Source of the DNA: a virus
Lineage: Duplodnaviria; Caudoviricetes
Direction: 5' to 3' (one strand)
Virus record (IMG/VR): IMGVR_UViG_3300027772_001168
Coordinates: 1 to 44,299 of that record
DNA length: 44,299 bases
Position numbers and translations under genes: made by a program. Under the pieces are notes generated by a model. It did not search any database. It saw nothing but the letters and a program-made list of their open reading frames with translations, and was not told the origin of the DNA. The number at the start of each line of letters is the position of its first letter. The first letter of the stretch is position 1. This document shows positions 1-9,320 of the stretch, in pieces.

Positions 1-44
1 TTTGGATACTTCTCACACAGCAACTTATCTAGTTCTTGTTTCAT
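1..44 (-). CDS. 5' end of a hypothetical protein running off the window (MKQELDKLLCEKYP...)
   Basis: ATG at 44-42 with AGGA upstream, just after the stop of the 53..274 ORF; open to the window edge. Confidence 0.5.
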   Translation of the reverse strand, partial: MKQELDKLLCEKYP

Positions 45-52
45 ATGTTTTC

Positions 53-274
53 CTAGTCGTATGCCACACCGGGCATTTTCTTTTTACCTTCCCAATGATC
101 TCGTGTTACACACAAACCTTTATGTGTTACACGCATGGGATGATCTAATTTTGGTAATTGCACCCTTACTGCTTCACATTCTTTTTGGCTATTAAATACC
201 AATGTATCCTTACTCATAAAATCACCGGCAGGGCTGTACATCGCAATAATCAAAACCCAACTGTATGTTGTCAT
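53..274 (-). CDS. Hypothetical phage protein (73 aa)
   Basis: ORF overlaps the upstream stop by 4 nt (ATGA coupling). Confidence 0.7.
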   Translation of the reverse strand: MTTYSWVLIIAMYSPAGDFMSKDTLVFNSQKECEAVRVQLPKLDHPMRVTHKGLCVTRDHWEGKKKMPGVAYD

Positions 275-963
275 TGTGCCGCCTTTACATAGTTAAGTCT
301 AGTAACATCATTTTGATGTTTCCAGTGTTTACTGTGATCTTTGACTTTGGCCTTGACTATAACACACGCACCCAAATTAAGGTTTGTCTTGTTAAGCCAC
401 GACACCATCCTATTGTTAATTATAGCATCTATATTGTAACCTTCAAAGTTTTTTGACTTAACTGACGAAATAATTTCTGCATCCAAGTCTTTAAGCTGTG
501 CGCCAATTTCTGCCACGTGACCTTCGTCCACTGCTCGTGCGGCCTTTTTAACTTTGTTTTGAGCGCGGTCTCTAACATACACGCTGGGCAAACAAGCCAC
601 ATAACCAAATTGATTTTGCTTGACCATTTCTCCACTTAGGATAGTATTGATATTAGTTTGAAAATCGTTTTCGCCTTCGATGGCGGCAAACAATAATCTT
701 TTGTAATAAGTTTTGATTTCTTCTGCCTGTGCAGTATCTTCGGACAAGACTTTCAAAGGCATTGGAGCATCTTTTGGATCAGCTGTCCAATTGGCATGAT
801 CCAGTGTGCAGAGCATCTGCATCTTGTTAGTGTGTTTAAGATACATGAACGCACCATCTTCCGAATACACCGGCGCATCTTCTTTAATATAAGCACCGTT
901 GACTCGCTGGGCCGCACAAGCTAATTCCAAAACTTGCTGGGTGGGGAATTCTTTTTTGATCAT
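271..963 (-). CDS. Hypothetical protein, possible C-terminal OB-fold-like region
   Basis: 230-aa ORF with its own sigma70-like promoter; C-terminus (VKAKVKDH...TRLNYVK) resembles OB-fold strands. Confidence 0.7.
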   Translation of the reverse strand: MIKKEFPTQQVLELACAAQRVNGAYIKEDAPVYSEDGAFMYLKHTNKMQMLCTLDHANWTADPKDAPMPLKVLSEDTAQAEEIKTYYKRLLFAAIEGENDFQTNINTILSGEMVKQNQFGYVACLPSVYVRDRAQNKVKKAARAVDEGHVAEIGAQLKDLDAEIISSVKSKNFEGYNIDAIINNRMVSWLNKTNLNLGACVIVKAKVKDHSKHWKHQNDVTRLNYVKAAQ

Positions 964-996
964 TTCTCGCTCGCTACGTGAGTTAATATACTTTGT

Positions 997-1025
997 ATTT
1001 TACACAAAAACCCAACGCTTGTCAA
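997..1025 (-). promoter_or_regulatory. Sigma70-type promoter TTGACA-N17-TAAAAT
   Basis: tgtcaa at 1020-1025 and atttta at 997-1002 on +; 17-nt spacer; upstream of 271..963. Confidence 0.7.
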
Positions 1026-1662
1026 TCGTTTCCAAGTGATGATATATCTTTTTGGATAACTTTTTGGTAAGAGGGTTAAGGCCAAAGTGGCCAATGTATG
1101 CTCTAAGTTGCGGGCTAGAGAATTGACTACCTGTTCGCATTTTACTCAAAACACTGATTCTGCCCATTCTACGTTTGGCACGTTCAGCATCCATGGTGCG
1201 TAATAACTCAATAGCTATGCTGAAAGCATACGCATCCATTTCATCATCGTCAGCAAGATATGCCTCATACGGTGTTTCAACATGTTCACCATACTGGTTG
1301 TGATCTCTGCGCATACTTTGATATTGGTGTCTAAACTCGTGTACAGTTGCATCAAAAATCTCTGTGAGGAACGAAGTAATTTGATGAGTGCCAAACGGTT
1401 CGTTACCATTTAAGTTATGGTGTACTATAACTTCAATAGCAGTGTCCATGTTGTAGTCATTTTCGCTGTCGTAGTAAGCCATGACATACCACTTGTCTTG
1501 ATCTAGATCTTTGTCTTTTTTACTTTTAATAGCAATATCAAAATCGCGCAATTTGAATGTGTTACGAGTACGACCTATTAGATTTTTGAATGTGGTTTGT
1601 TCAGGACTTTGTTCTCGAACTTGTTTGCAAACATTATATACACGTTCAAGAATTATGTTCAT
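1000..1662 (-). CDS. Hypothetical protein with HExxH (zincin-like) motif
   Basis: HEFRH followed by downstream E-x-D-A (DEMDAYA). Confidence 0.65.
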   Translation of the reverse strand: MNIILERVYNVCKQVREQSPEQTTFKNLIGRTRNTFKLRDFDIAIKSKKDKDLDQDKWYVMAYYDSENDYNMDTAIEVIVHHNLNGNEPFGTHQITSFLTEIFDATVHEFRHQYQSMRRDHNQYGEHVETPYEAYLADDDEMDAYAFSIAIELLRTMDAERAKRRMGRISVLSKMRTGSQFSSPQLRAYIGHFGLNPLTKKLSKKIYHHLETIDKRWVFV

Positions 1663-1664
1663 TG

Positions 1665-1883
1665 TTATAACCTATAAGTTACACGACCTTTGGTTAGGTC
1701 ATAAGGGCTTACTTCTACTCTAACATTGTCACCCAAGATGATTCTAATCTTATTCTGCTTTAACCTGCCACCCATGTAACACAACAATGATTTTGGCATA
1801 TTTTCTACTTTGACTCTAAACATGTTGCCTGGCAACACTTCTTCAACAGCACCCACTAATTCAATAATATCGTCTTTAGCCAT
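1665..1883 (-). CDS. infA: Translation initiation factor IF-1
   Basis: From MAKDDIIEL: V-E-LP-xxFRV-EN...GRLKQNKIRIILGDNVRVEVSPYDLTKGRVTYR is the IF-1 signature; start reassigned to 1883. Confidence 0.95.
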   Translation of the reverse strand: MAKDDIIELVGAVEEVLPGNMFRVKVENMPKSLLCYMGGRLKQNKIRIILGDNVRVEVSPYDLTKGRVTYRL

Positions 1884-2079
1884 TAGTTGCTTTCTTGAGC
1901 GACCAAGCACCATCGCTTTCTTCCTTCCACTCCAAGGTGTCTCCTTCCTGCCAGCCTGCTTGTGTCATCAAATCATCAGGTAGCGGTAACACAAGGTCTC
2001 CACTACCATCGTCTGCTTCTTCTACAGTTATAGTCCAACTTGTTTTATTCATGATGTTATTTACCGTGTTATTCGTCAT
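1876..2079 (-). CDS. Small AbrB/MazE-like (swapped-hairpin) protein
   Basis: GDLVLPLPDDLMTQAGWQEGDTLEW matches the AbrB/SpoVT pattern. Confidence 0.6.
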   Translation of the reverse strand: MTNNTVNNIMNKTSWTITVEEADDGSGDLVLPLPDDLMTQAGWQEGDTLEWKEESDGAWSLKKATNG

Positions 2080-2623
2080 CAGTCCAAGGAATTGGTCTCC
2101 AGCCTAACCGGTTTAAATCCAATTCAATTTCTTCAGTTACTACACCTTCTGGTACATAGTCACGTCCGTCTGGATCCGGAGTAGGCTCACAATGATCTAA
2201 ACCAAAACCGGACTCTTTATTGCCTATGCCGCTACAGTACCAATCAATATAATCACCTTCTTCACGCATGTCAGCAACAATACCTCCAGCATGGCGCCAA
2301 CTGGCTGACCACACTTCACCCTTCATCTCTTGCCAAAACTCTCTACTTTGCCAAGTCATGTTGCATATGGCCGCATACAAGTTTTGAGCATAGTTGTCGT
2401 TTGCTTTCACTTTGTCGCACATTTCTTTTGAGCTACGTAGATCATACTCCATGTTGTTCTTTTGCCAAGCAGGATCATGTATCTTGTTAGCATCATCGAT
2501 CTTGATCTGATCCCACATATCGATATATGCTTGGCTAGGCTCTTCGCCCTTTTCTTCTGCCCGACGGATTGCTCCTTCTTTTTGGAAGGTATGTCGTTCG
2601 GGACTACTTGCTACTTTTTTCAT
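2069..2623 (-). CDS. Hypothetical phage protein
   Basis: Likely start MKKVASS at 2623, coupled to the upstream stop (TAATG); SWRHAGGIVAD...YIDWYCSG block. Confidence 0.7.
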   Translation of the reverse strand: MKKVASSPERHTFQKEGAIRRAEEKGEEPSQAYIDMWDQIKIDDANKIHDPAWQKNNMEYDLRSSKEMCDKVKANDNYAQNLYAAICNMTWQSREFWQEMKGEVWSASWRHAGGIVADMREEGDYIDWYCSGIGNKESGFGLDHCEPTPDPDGRDYVPEGVVTEEIELDLNRLGWRPIPWTDDE

Positions 2624-2943
2624 TAATGGAAACTTCCTGCAAAACAATGGCGCAACTCGTGCCCAAGAATATCGTTGTTGGTTTTCCAACCTGTAACTAT
2701 AGTACAAGTTTTACTGTCGTGAAAACTACATGCTTCAAATAACGCACCCCGAAAGCCGCCAAAACCACGACGCTTGCTTTCAGCTTCGCAAGCGGCCACA
2801 ACATTGTCTGCTCGAATGATATTAACCAAACTTTGAGTAGTTTTCAAATCTCGAATAGAATACATTTCGTATGCATCTTTTTCCAATTGAGCATTTGCGT
2901 TCAATGCCACAACTGATAACAAAATTACTAGTGCCTTTTTCAT
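2623..2943 (-). CDS. Secreted small protein with HExxH motif
   Basis: Signal peptide MKKALVILLSVVALNANA; GHELRHC near the C-terminus; AAAGG RBS. Confidence 0.7.
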   Translation of the reverse strand: MKKALVILLSVVALNANAQLEKDAYEMYSIRDLKTTQSLVNIIRADNVVAACEAESKRRGFGGFRGALFEACSFHDSKTCTIVTGWKTNNDILGHELRHCFAGSFH

Positions 2944-2971
2944 AATGTGCCTTTCTGTGCCTGTGTTAAAA

Positions 2972-3070
2972 TGGTGTAGACGGTAGGATTCGAACCTACA
3001 AAGTCACCCTAAGGGCAAGACCCTGTCCCTCCCCAAAGGGAGGAGGTATACCAGTTCCACTCACGTCTAC
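2972..3070 (-). ncRNA. tRNA-like RNA lacking a canonical anticodon loop (99 nt, encoded CCA)
   Basis: Acceptor GTAGACG/CGTCTAC-A-CCA; T-arm GTAGG-TTCGAAT-CCTAC; Leu-like D-loop; anticodon arm CCTCCC-TTTG-GGGAGG; long variable arm. Confidence 0.75.
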
Positions 3071-3076
3071 ATTGTA

Positions 3077-3105
3077 AGTATACTGCCTTTTGTAAATACT
3101 GTCAA
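3077..3105 (-). promoter_or_regulatory. Sigma70-type promoter TTGACA-N17-TATACT driving the tRNA-like RNA
   Basis: tgtcaa at 3100-3105, agtata at 3077-3082; predicted +1 near 3070-3071. Confidence 0.75.
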
Positions 3106-4067
3106 TGCTTTTCTCTTCTATTCCATTCCAAAATATTGTTGCTTTTGGGCAACAAGCTATGTTAGATCGTCCATTATTTAACGTTAGTTGGATATTGGGG
3201 AGATTTTGTAATTACAAATGTAGTTATTGTTGGCCCTATGCTAGGACAGACAATCCAGATCACCAAACGCTTGAAGTATATAAAGCCACTGTGGACGAGA
3301 TTAAACGTCAAGCACGAGCCAATGGGTTTAATCAGTTCCATTGGTCGTTCAGCGGCGGTGAACCAACTGCATACAAAAATTTGTTAGATTTGACCAAACA
3401 TTTGGACGATGGAGTATCCACACCTTATCAAACGGTACACATGACTACCAATTTGAGTCCCAGTTTAAACTGGTGGCGCAACTGGCATAACGCAACTTGC
3501 TTATTGCAACGTAGAAGTATCACAGCCAGTTACCACGCTGAGTTTGCAAAGGAGCAAGAGTTTGGTGATAAATGTTTGCAACTCATACATGACCTAGTGC
3601 ATGTGACTATTAATCAAGTAATGGTGCCTGAACATTTTTTTGAAACTCTCGAACGGTGTGAACGTTTTCGTAAACGTGGAATTAATGTCACGCTCAAACC
3701 GCAAAGCAATGATACTGCTACTGCTGTGGTAGACGGCTATACCCCTGAAATGATTAAAGTAATGCAAGACGATTTTGAACAACAAGAAGGTTTTCAAATT
3801 AGATTAACAGATGGTTCTCAAGATTATTTTGTTGACCAAGCAGAACGTTTTAATGCACTTGGGTTTAATCAGTTTGCCAATTGGACTTGTAATAGTGGGT
3901 ACCAGAGTGTTATAATAAGAGGTAATGAGGTTAAAAGATCATATAGCTGTCACGAAGACCCATTAGGAACGATAGAAAAATTTACTTTGTTTTCCGCTCC
4001 TAAAAAATGCATAACTGCTCGATGTGTCAGTAGTGCAGATAGTAAAATACCAAAATGTATAAATTAG
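3105..4067 (+). CDS. Radical SAM protein with C-terminal Cys-rich (SPASM/twitch-like) region
   Basis: CNYKCSYC, SGGEPT, TTN, C-terminal WTC...SC...C-x4-C. Confidence 0.9.
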   Translation: MLFSSIPFQNIVAFGQQAMLDRPLFNVSWILGRFCNYKCSYCWPYARTDNPDHQTLEVYKATVDEIKRQARANGFNQFHWSFSGGEPTAYKNLLDLTKHLDDGVSTPYQTVHMTTNLSPSLNWWRNWHNATCLLQRRSITASYHAEFAKEQEFGDKCLQLIHDLVHVTINQVMVPEHFFETLERCERFRKRGINVTLKPQSNDTATAVVDGYTPEMIKVMQDDFEQQEGFQIRLTDGSQDYFVDQAERFNALGFNQFANWTCNSGYQSVIIRGNEVKRSYSCHEDPLGTIEKFTLFSAPKKCITARCVSSADSKIPKCIN

Positions 4068-5032
4068 AAGACATACGAGATGTACACTTAGAGTTAACTA
4101 GCAAGTGCCAAGCACGTTGTCCTATGTGCCCACGACGAATTAATGGCGGCTTACTTAACCCACTAATAACACTGGATGAAATAACATTAACACAATTTAA
4201 AGAATGGTTTTCAATTGAATTTATTCAACAACTAGACAGTTTGTTTATGTGCGGAAACTTGGGTGATCCTATAATAGCACAAGACTGTTTACAAATATTT
4301 CAATACTTGCGTGACACAAACCCACACATACGATTATCTATGCATACAAACGGCAGTGCTAGAACTGACCAGTGGTGGCAGGCCTTAGCTCATACCAGCG
4401 TTAAGGTTACATTTGGGATCGACGGACTTGTTGATACCCATAATGTGTATCGTGTTGATACTGACTATAATAAAATTATACACAATGCTTGTGAGTTTAT
4501 TAATGCAGGTGGCGAAGCAGAATGGCACATGTTGGTGTTCAAACACAACGAACATCAAGTAGATGCATGTCAGCAGACGAGTGCGGATTTAGGTTTTAAA
4601 AAATTTACAACTAAACATACCAGCAGATTTAAAGACAACAAATTTCACGTGCTGGATGAGCTTGGCCAAACAGTTAATATTTTATATCCAACAGAACGTA
4701 GCACAACACTTACGTCTAAGGTATTATCAATAGAACCTGCTGAGATACAATGCAAAGCACGTAAATATAAACAACTATACATTAGCGCAAGCGGAACTGT
4801 TAGTCCTTGTTGCTGGTTAGACTTTAGCTGGCAATTGCCTAATCAAGATAATCGAATTGATTATATGGATAGCGTTGGCGAATTTCCTAATTTAAACAAA
4901 AAAACACTATTGGGAATTTTTGAGTCTGGGTTTTTTAGTCGAGTCGAAGACACATGGGCCAGTAAACCTCTAATAGAGTGTAGTAAACAATGCGGAGCAT
5001 TTAATAAATTAGGAGAACAATTTGTTAGTTGA
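4055..5032 (+). CDS. Radical SAM protein with twitch/SPASM domain
   Basis: CQARCPMC, GNLGDP, HTNG, GIDG, SPCC...CSKQC. Confidence 0.9.
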   Translation: MYKLEDIRDVHLELTSKCQARCPMCPRRINGGLLNPLITLDEITLTQFKEWFSIEFIQQLDSLFMCGNLGDPIIAQDCLQIFQYLRDTNPHIRLSMHTNGSARTDQWWQALAHTSVKVTFGIDGLVDTHNVYRVDTDYNKIIHNACEFINAGGEAEWHMLVFKHNEHQVDACQQTSADLGFKKFTTKHTSRFKDNKFHVLDELGQTVNILYPTERSTTLTSKVLSIEPAEIQCKARKYKQLYISASGTVSPCCWLDFSWQLPNQDNRIDYMDSVGEFPNLNKKTLLGIFESGFFSRVEDTWASKPLIECSKQCGAFNKLGEQFVS

Positions 5033-5615
5033 TACAAATCATTTACACTACTGGATGAACGCTGTTCGTATTAGTCCAGATCCTATGCGCACACTAGATG
5101 CATTTTGGCGTGGCCAAGTGTCAAGTAAGGAATGGTTAATAGAAAATTTAGAACCGTTTGTAACAGAACCAGTCCGTATAGATATACACGGCGGATGGGT
5201 TGGTGTATTGGCTAGCATGATATTTCAAAGTTCTATTCCCGTTCGTTATATATGTAGCGTAGACTTAGATCCAAGTTGCGAACCTGTTGCAACTATGATG
5301 AATAAGATAGAAGAACAAGATGGCAAGTTTAGAGCTATTACTGCTGATATGTGTGCTGTGCCAGTTAGCGGTAATGTAGTAATTAATACAAGTTGTGAAC
5401 ACATCACACAAGAGCAATACGAGTTGTGGTTAGCTAGATTGCCTAAAGATAGCATCGTTGTTTTACAAAGCAATGATTATGCAATTCCAGAACATGTACG
5501 TATATCAAAAACTTTAGAACAGTTTAAAGAACAAAGTCACTTAAACGAGGTATGGTCTGGCAGTTTAAAAACTCAGATGTATACACGATGGATGATTATA
5601 GGAACAAAACAATGA
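5022..5615 (+). CDS. Class I SAM-dependent methyltransferase-like protein
   Basis: IHGGWVGVL glycine loop, SVDLD, ADM, VINTSCEH. Confidence 0.7.
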   Translation: MLVDTNHLHYWMNAVRISPDPMRTLDAFWRGQVSSKEWLIENLEPFVTEPVRIDIHGGWVGVLASMIFQSSIPVRYICSVDLDPSCEPVATMMNKIEEQDGKFRAITADMCAVPVSGNVVINTSCEHITQEQYELWLARLPKDSIVVLQSNDYAIPEHVRISKTLEQFKEQSHLNEVWSGSLKTQMYTRWMIIGTKQ

Positions 5616-6208
5616 CTGAGAAAATAATATTAGAGTTTCCAAGAATCAGTGTGTTTGAAAATGCTATTCCGTTAGATGTCTGCGATGCAATGATCAGCAA
5701 ATACAACGGGGCAATGAATCCTAATGCTGGAATAGAAAGCCGTGAACAGACTTACGGACAAATAACAGAAGAAGTAGAACAGCGTAGCATTAGTTGGGAC
5801 ACTGACCCAGCTGATAGAGAATATTTCAAATCATTGCTGGCCAAGACAGTAGGCATTCCCGAAAGCCATGTAGAAGCTGGAGACATATATTTTTACGAAA
5901 CAGGTCAGTATTTTGGTCTGCATCACGACTATCCTTACGACCCAAAAATTGTTCCTTACTACAGCAAAGGCGGCGACAGAAAAGCAACTGCTATATTTTG
6001 GTTTAATGATGACTATGAAGGCGGACGTTGTACATGGCCTGAACTAGGAGTCACAGTGGAACCCGCAAAAGGCGGCGTTATGTATTTTGAATACGACTAT
6101 CCGGATGAAGCAGTTAATGAATCAACCGTACATCAATCATTACCTGTTACAAAAGGACAAAAATGGATTGCGGCCTTCTTCATGAGCAATGGACCTAGAG
6201 TAGAATGA
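5612..6208 (+). CDS. Prolyl 4-hydroxylase-like 2OG-Fe(II) oxygenase
   Basis: YxxGQYFGLHHD...RKAT...NDDYEGG...H-SLPVTKGQKW; start reassigned to 5612. Confidence 0.9.
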   Translation: MTEKIILEFPRISVFENAIPLDVCDAMISKYNGAMNPNAGIESREQTYGQITEEVEQRSISWDTDPADREYFKSLLAKTVGIPESHVEAGDIYFYETGQYFGLHHDYPYDPKIVPYYSKGGDRKATAIFWFNDDYEGGRCTWPELGVTVEPAKGGVMYFEYDYPDEAVNESTVHQSLPVTKGQKWIAAFFMSNGPRVE

Positions 6209-6873
6209 TAGACTGGCAACCATTCTTTAAGTACGGAGATGATGGCACGTTGTGTTTGGCTCAGCAAACCTACGAGCCTTTAATTAGTCCAGACCGTAAA
6301 ACTTTCTGTGCCAACTACGACTGGCAGAACAAATATCAGCGTATGTACGAATCACGTGATCTCTATACAGCAGATGTGTGCGAGTGGTTCTTTCAAAACG
6401 AAATATATCATTTATCAAAGTTTAAAACTAAATCATATGTGCCTAACATATTAGATATTGATCATAAAAATAAAAAAATATTTTTTGAATGGCATGGCTA
6501 TACATTTAATGAAATGTTACACAAGGGCGAACCTGTCGAATGGCAAGAGCAATTAAAGTATATTATGTTGGACTTATATAATGCTGGTACATATAAACTT
6601 ACAATGTATCCTCATTGCCATTTTTTAGACAGCAACGGTGTCATGAAAACTATCGATTGGTACGGATGTGTTCCTATTAACCATCCATTAATTAAAGCAA
6701 AATACATGGACGCTATCGTTCATGAAACTGCTAGATTTCGTTTAGACGAAACAAACAGAACTGATACGCATTACAATTTAGAATTAATGTATAAGCAATC
6801 AATGTGTAACCATGTTAAGTGGGCTGGAAAATCTTTGGAGTATATCTATGACGAAATACGTTGGATCAACTAA
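6205..6873 (+). CDS. Protein-kinase/APH-like fold protein (degenerate)
   Basis: FQNEIYHL, VPNILDID, IFFEW, KTIDW resemble kinase subdomains; paralogue of 20555..21250. Confidence 0.5.
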   Translation: MIDWQPFFKYGDDGTLCLAQQTYEPLISPDRKTFCANYDWQNKYQRMYESRDLYTADVCEWFFQNEIYHLSKFKTKSYVPNILDIDHKNKKIFFEWHGYTFNEMLHKGEPVEWQEQLKYIMLDLYNAGTYKLTMYPHCHFLDSNGVMKTIDWYGCVPINHPLIKAKYMDAIVHETARFRLDETNRTDTHYNLELMYKQSMCNHVKWAGKSLEYIYDEIRWIN

Positions 6874-7423
6874 AGATTTAATCGATTGGGATTCTGTTAT
6901 AGCTAGTATAATACCTAGATCGGGCGATTACAATTCTGTAACCTCAGTTGTTGACAGGTCTGAATCAAATTGGTCTGATGTTCCTGAACTGTTAGGATCT
7001 TATCATGAAATCATAGACACTTGGCAAAAAGCTAACTACGATTTAAATAACATCGAATGGTGGGACTACTATCCAGGTCAGCATTTTGATGTCAATATAC
7101 AGAACAAGTTTGCTGAATTTGTTAATGCAGAACCTTTGCGAGTTTTTATTAGTGAGGTTATGCCAGGGCAATGTGTACCATACCACTGGGACGTAGAGGA
7201 TCATGAAGAAGAATGGTTACAGTTAGGGTCTCTTGTTCGCTATGTATGCTTTATTGATAAACAAAAGTTTGGTCATGTGCTTATAATAGAACAAGAGTGT
7301 TTTTATAATGCAGAGCAACACTTAGTATATGAATGGGATAATTATCAAGATCATCATGCCGGAACTAACTGCGGAACAGATCCGTACTACTTGTTTCATT
7401 TTTTAGGTAGACCACGAGTATGA
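6848..7423 (+). CDS. AspH-like/2OG-Fe(II) cupin oxygenase
   Basis: PGQCVPYHWD...HHAGTNCG; start reassigned to 6848. Confidence 0.75.
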   Translation: MTKYVGSTKDLIDWDSVIASIIPRSGDYNSVTSVVDRSESNWSDVPELLGSYHEIIDTWQKANYDLNNIEWWDYYPGQHFDVNIQNKFAEFVNAEPLRVFISEVMPGQCVPYHWDVEDHEEEWLQLGSLVRYVCFIDKQKFGHVLIIEQECFYNAEQHLVYEWDNYQDHHAGTNCGTDPYYLFHFLGRPRV

Positions 7424-7929
7424 TACAATATACTGGTATTTGTCCAATTGACTGGCAACAGTTAATACATCGGTTAGAAACTCAAACGCCTGATATCGGG
7501 CCTAAACACAAAACAACTGATAATATACCAGGACTGAAGGAAATTATTGACTCGTGGAATAACGCAGGGTATAGTAAATCTGTGCAGTGGGATATGTTTT
7601 ATCCTGGAGATCATTTTGATACGAACATAGTAAATCAATTTATAGATTGGTCAGGAATGACTTCGTTCACTAATGCATGGGTAAGCAGAGTACACCCTGG
7701 ATACTTTGCTCCTCGTCACTGGGACGTACAAGACGACGAACCCTTGCCGGATACCGTACGTTATCATGTACATATGAGTAAACCACAGTTTGGACATATT
7801 TTTATAGTTGATGATAAATGTTTATACAATCAAGAACAAGGTGCAACCTATCAGTGGAGCGGCCGAAAATTATGGCATGCCGGAACTAATTGCGGATTAC
7901 AACCCAAATACATTTTTAATATATGGTAA
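7420..7929 (+). CDS. AspH-like/2OG-Fe(II) cupin oxygenase (tandem paralogue)
   Basis: PGYFAPRHWD...WHAGTNCG; shares YPGxHFD and KxxFGH with the preceding gene. Confidence 0.75.
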   Translation: MIQYTGICPIDWQQLIHRLETQTPDIGPKHKTTDNIPGLKEIIDSWNNAGYSKSVQWDMFYPGDHFDTNIVNQFIDWSGMTSFTNAWVSRVHPGYFAPRHWDVQDDEPLPDTVRYHVHMSKPQFGHIFIVDDKCLYNQEQGATYQWSGRKLWHAGTNCGLQPKYIFNIW

Positions 7930-9320
7930 ACAAAATAACCGAGTGGCAGGATAAAATTGAAGTTGTTTCAGGAAGTAAGACTTTCTGCGTATTGCCATGG
8001 ATACATTTTGCCACACGTCCTAACGGAGATATGAGATTATGCTGTAGTGCTAACGCAAGCGGTGCGGGTGAAAACCATACAGTTGGTCTAGTAAAGAACG
8101 AACGAGGTCAGCCAGCAAATTTTGGCCGTGAAACTCCTATGAGTGCTTGGAACAACGAGTACATGAAGGATGTACGCTTGACTATGTTAGAAGGAAAGAT
8201 TCCTGCTAGCTGTAGTAAGTGTACTGCTGAAGAGTCTCGTGGCGTAGCTAGTAAACGTATTTGGGAAACAGGCAGTTGGATGGAGGAAGGAATTGATGTT
8301 GAAGAACTTATTAAACAAACAGAAGCAGACGGCACAGTTCCCGAATCACTAGTTTATCTAGACTTACGCTTAGGGCACACTTGCAACTTGAAATGTGTTA
8401 TGTGTAGTCCACACGATAGTAGCCAGTGGGTAAGTGATCATAAGAAGATTTATCCGTTGTTTCAAGCAAAAGAACTTAAAGAACAAATGTCGTGGGATCG
8501 TAAAGACTTTAACAACAAGTGGCACGAAAATCCAGACTTCTGGAAAGAGATGTATGCACAAATTCCTAATCTAAAACAAGTTTACTTTGCTGGCGGTGAG
8601 CCTTTAATGATACGAGAGCATAGATGGTTCTTAGAAGAAATTATTAGACAAGGGTACGCAGACAAAATCCTTATACGTTATAATACAAATGGACTATTAG
8701 TAGATGACGAAATTATCGAACTTTGGAAACAATTCAAAAAAGTTAAAGTAGGGTTCAGTATTGATGCTGTCGGCGACCGTAATTACTATATACGCTATCC
8801 TAGTGATTGGGCTACTATCGAACGTAATCTTCACAAGCTAGATAACACACCCGACAACATACAAGTTAGTATTGCTACTGCTATACAGATATTAAACATC
8901 AAGCACTTGGCAGATTTTGCCAAATGGAAAATTACACAGAACTTTAAAAAAATTAATCTCGAAAATACTGTTGGCGGAATACAAGCAGGCGGAGGAATTA
9001 TTAATATGCATTTATTATACATTCCAACATTCCTTAGTATTAGATTGTTACCTCAAGCAGACAAAGAAGAAGTCCGTAAAAGTTTTGGAGACCTTGCTAA
9101 TTGGATGCACGAAAACTATAGACAAGACGAAGATTTCTGGAAACTTAATCCATACGGATGGAAACGTTGGCAAGCTATATTAGATTTTATGGATGCCAAA
9201 GACCACACAACACAGTTGCCTGCATTTAACGAATACATCAGCCGATTAGATGGATTGCGTGGTACTGATTTCAAACAAGTGTTTCCAGAGTTAGCACATT
9301 TAGGATTAGTACATGCCTGA
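7923..9320 (+). CDS. Radical SAM protein with N-terminal twitch-like domain
   Basis: FCVLPW...CC...CSKC; CNLKCVMC; FAGGEPL; YNTNG; SIDA. Confidence 0.9.
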   Translation: MVNKITEWQDKIEVVSGSKTFCVLPWIHFATRPNGDMRLCCSANASGAGENHTVGLVKNERGQPANFGRETPMSAWNNEYMKDVRLTMLEGKIPASCSKCTAEESRGVASKRIWETGSWMEEGIDVEELIKQTEADGTVPESLVYLDLRLGHTCNLKCVMCSPHDSSQWVSDHKKIYPLFQAKELKEQMSWDRKDFNNKWHENPDFWKEMYAQIPNLKQVYFAGGEPLMIREHRWFLEEIIRQGYADKILIRYNTNGLLVDDEIIELWKQFKKVKVGFSIDAVGDRNYYIRYPSDWATIERNLHKLDNTPDNIQVSIATAIQILNIKHLADFAKWKITQNFKKINLENTVGGIQAGGGIINMHLLYIPTFLSIRLLPQADKEEVRKSFGDLANWMHENYRQDEDFWKLNPYGWKRWQAILDFMDAKDHTTQLPAFNEYISRLDGLRGTDFKQVFPELAHLGLVHA

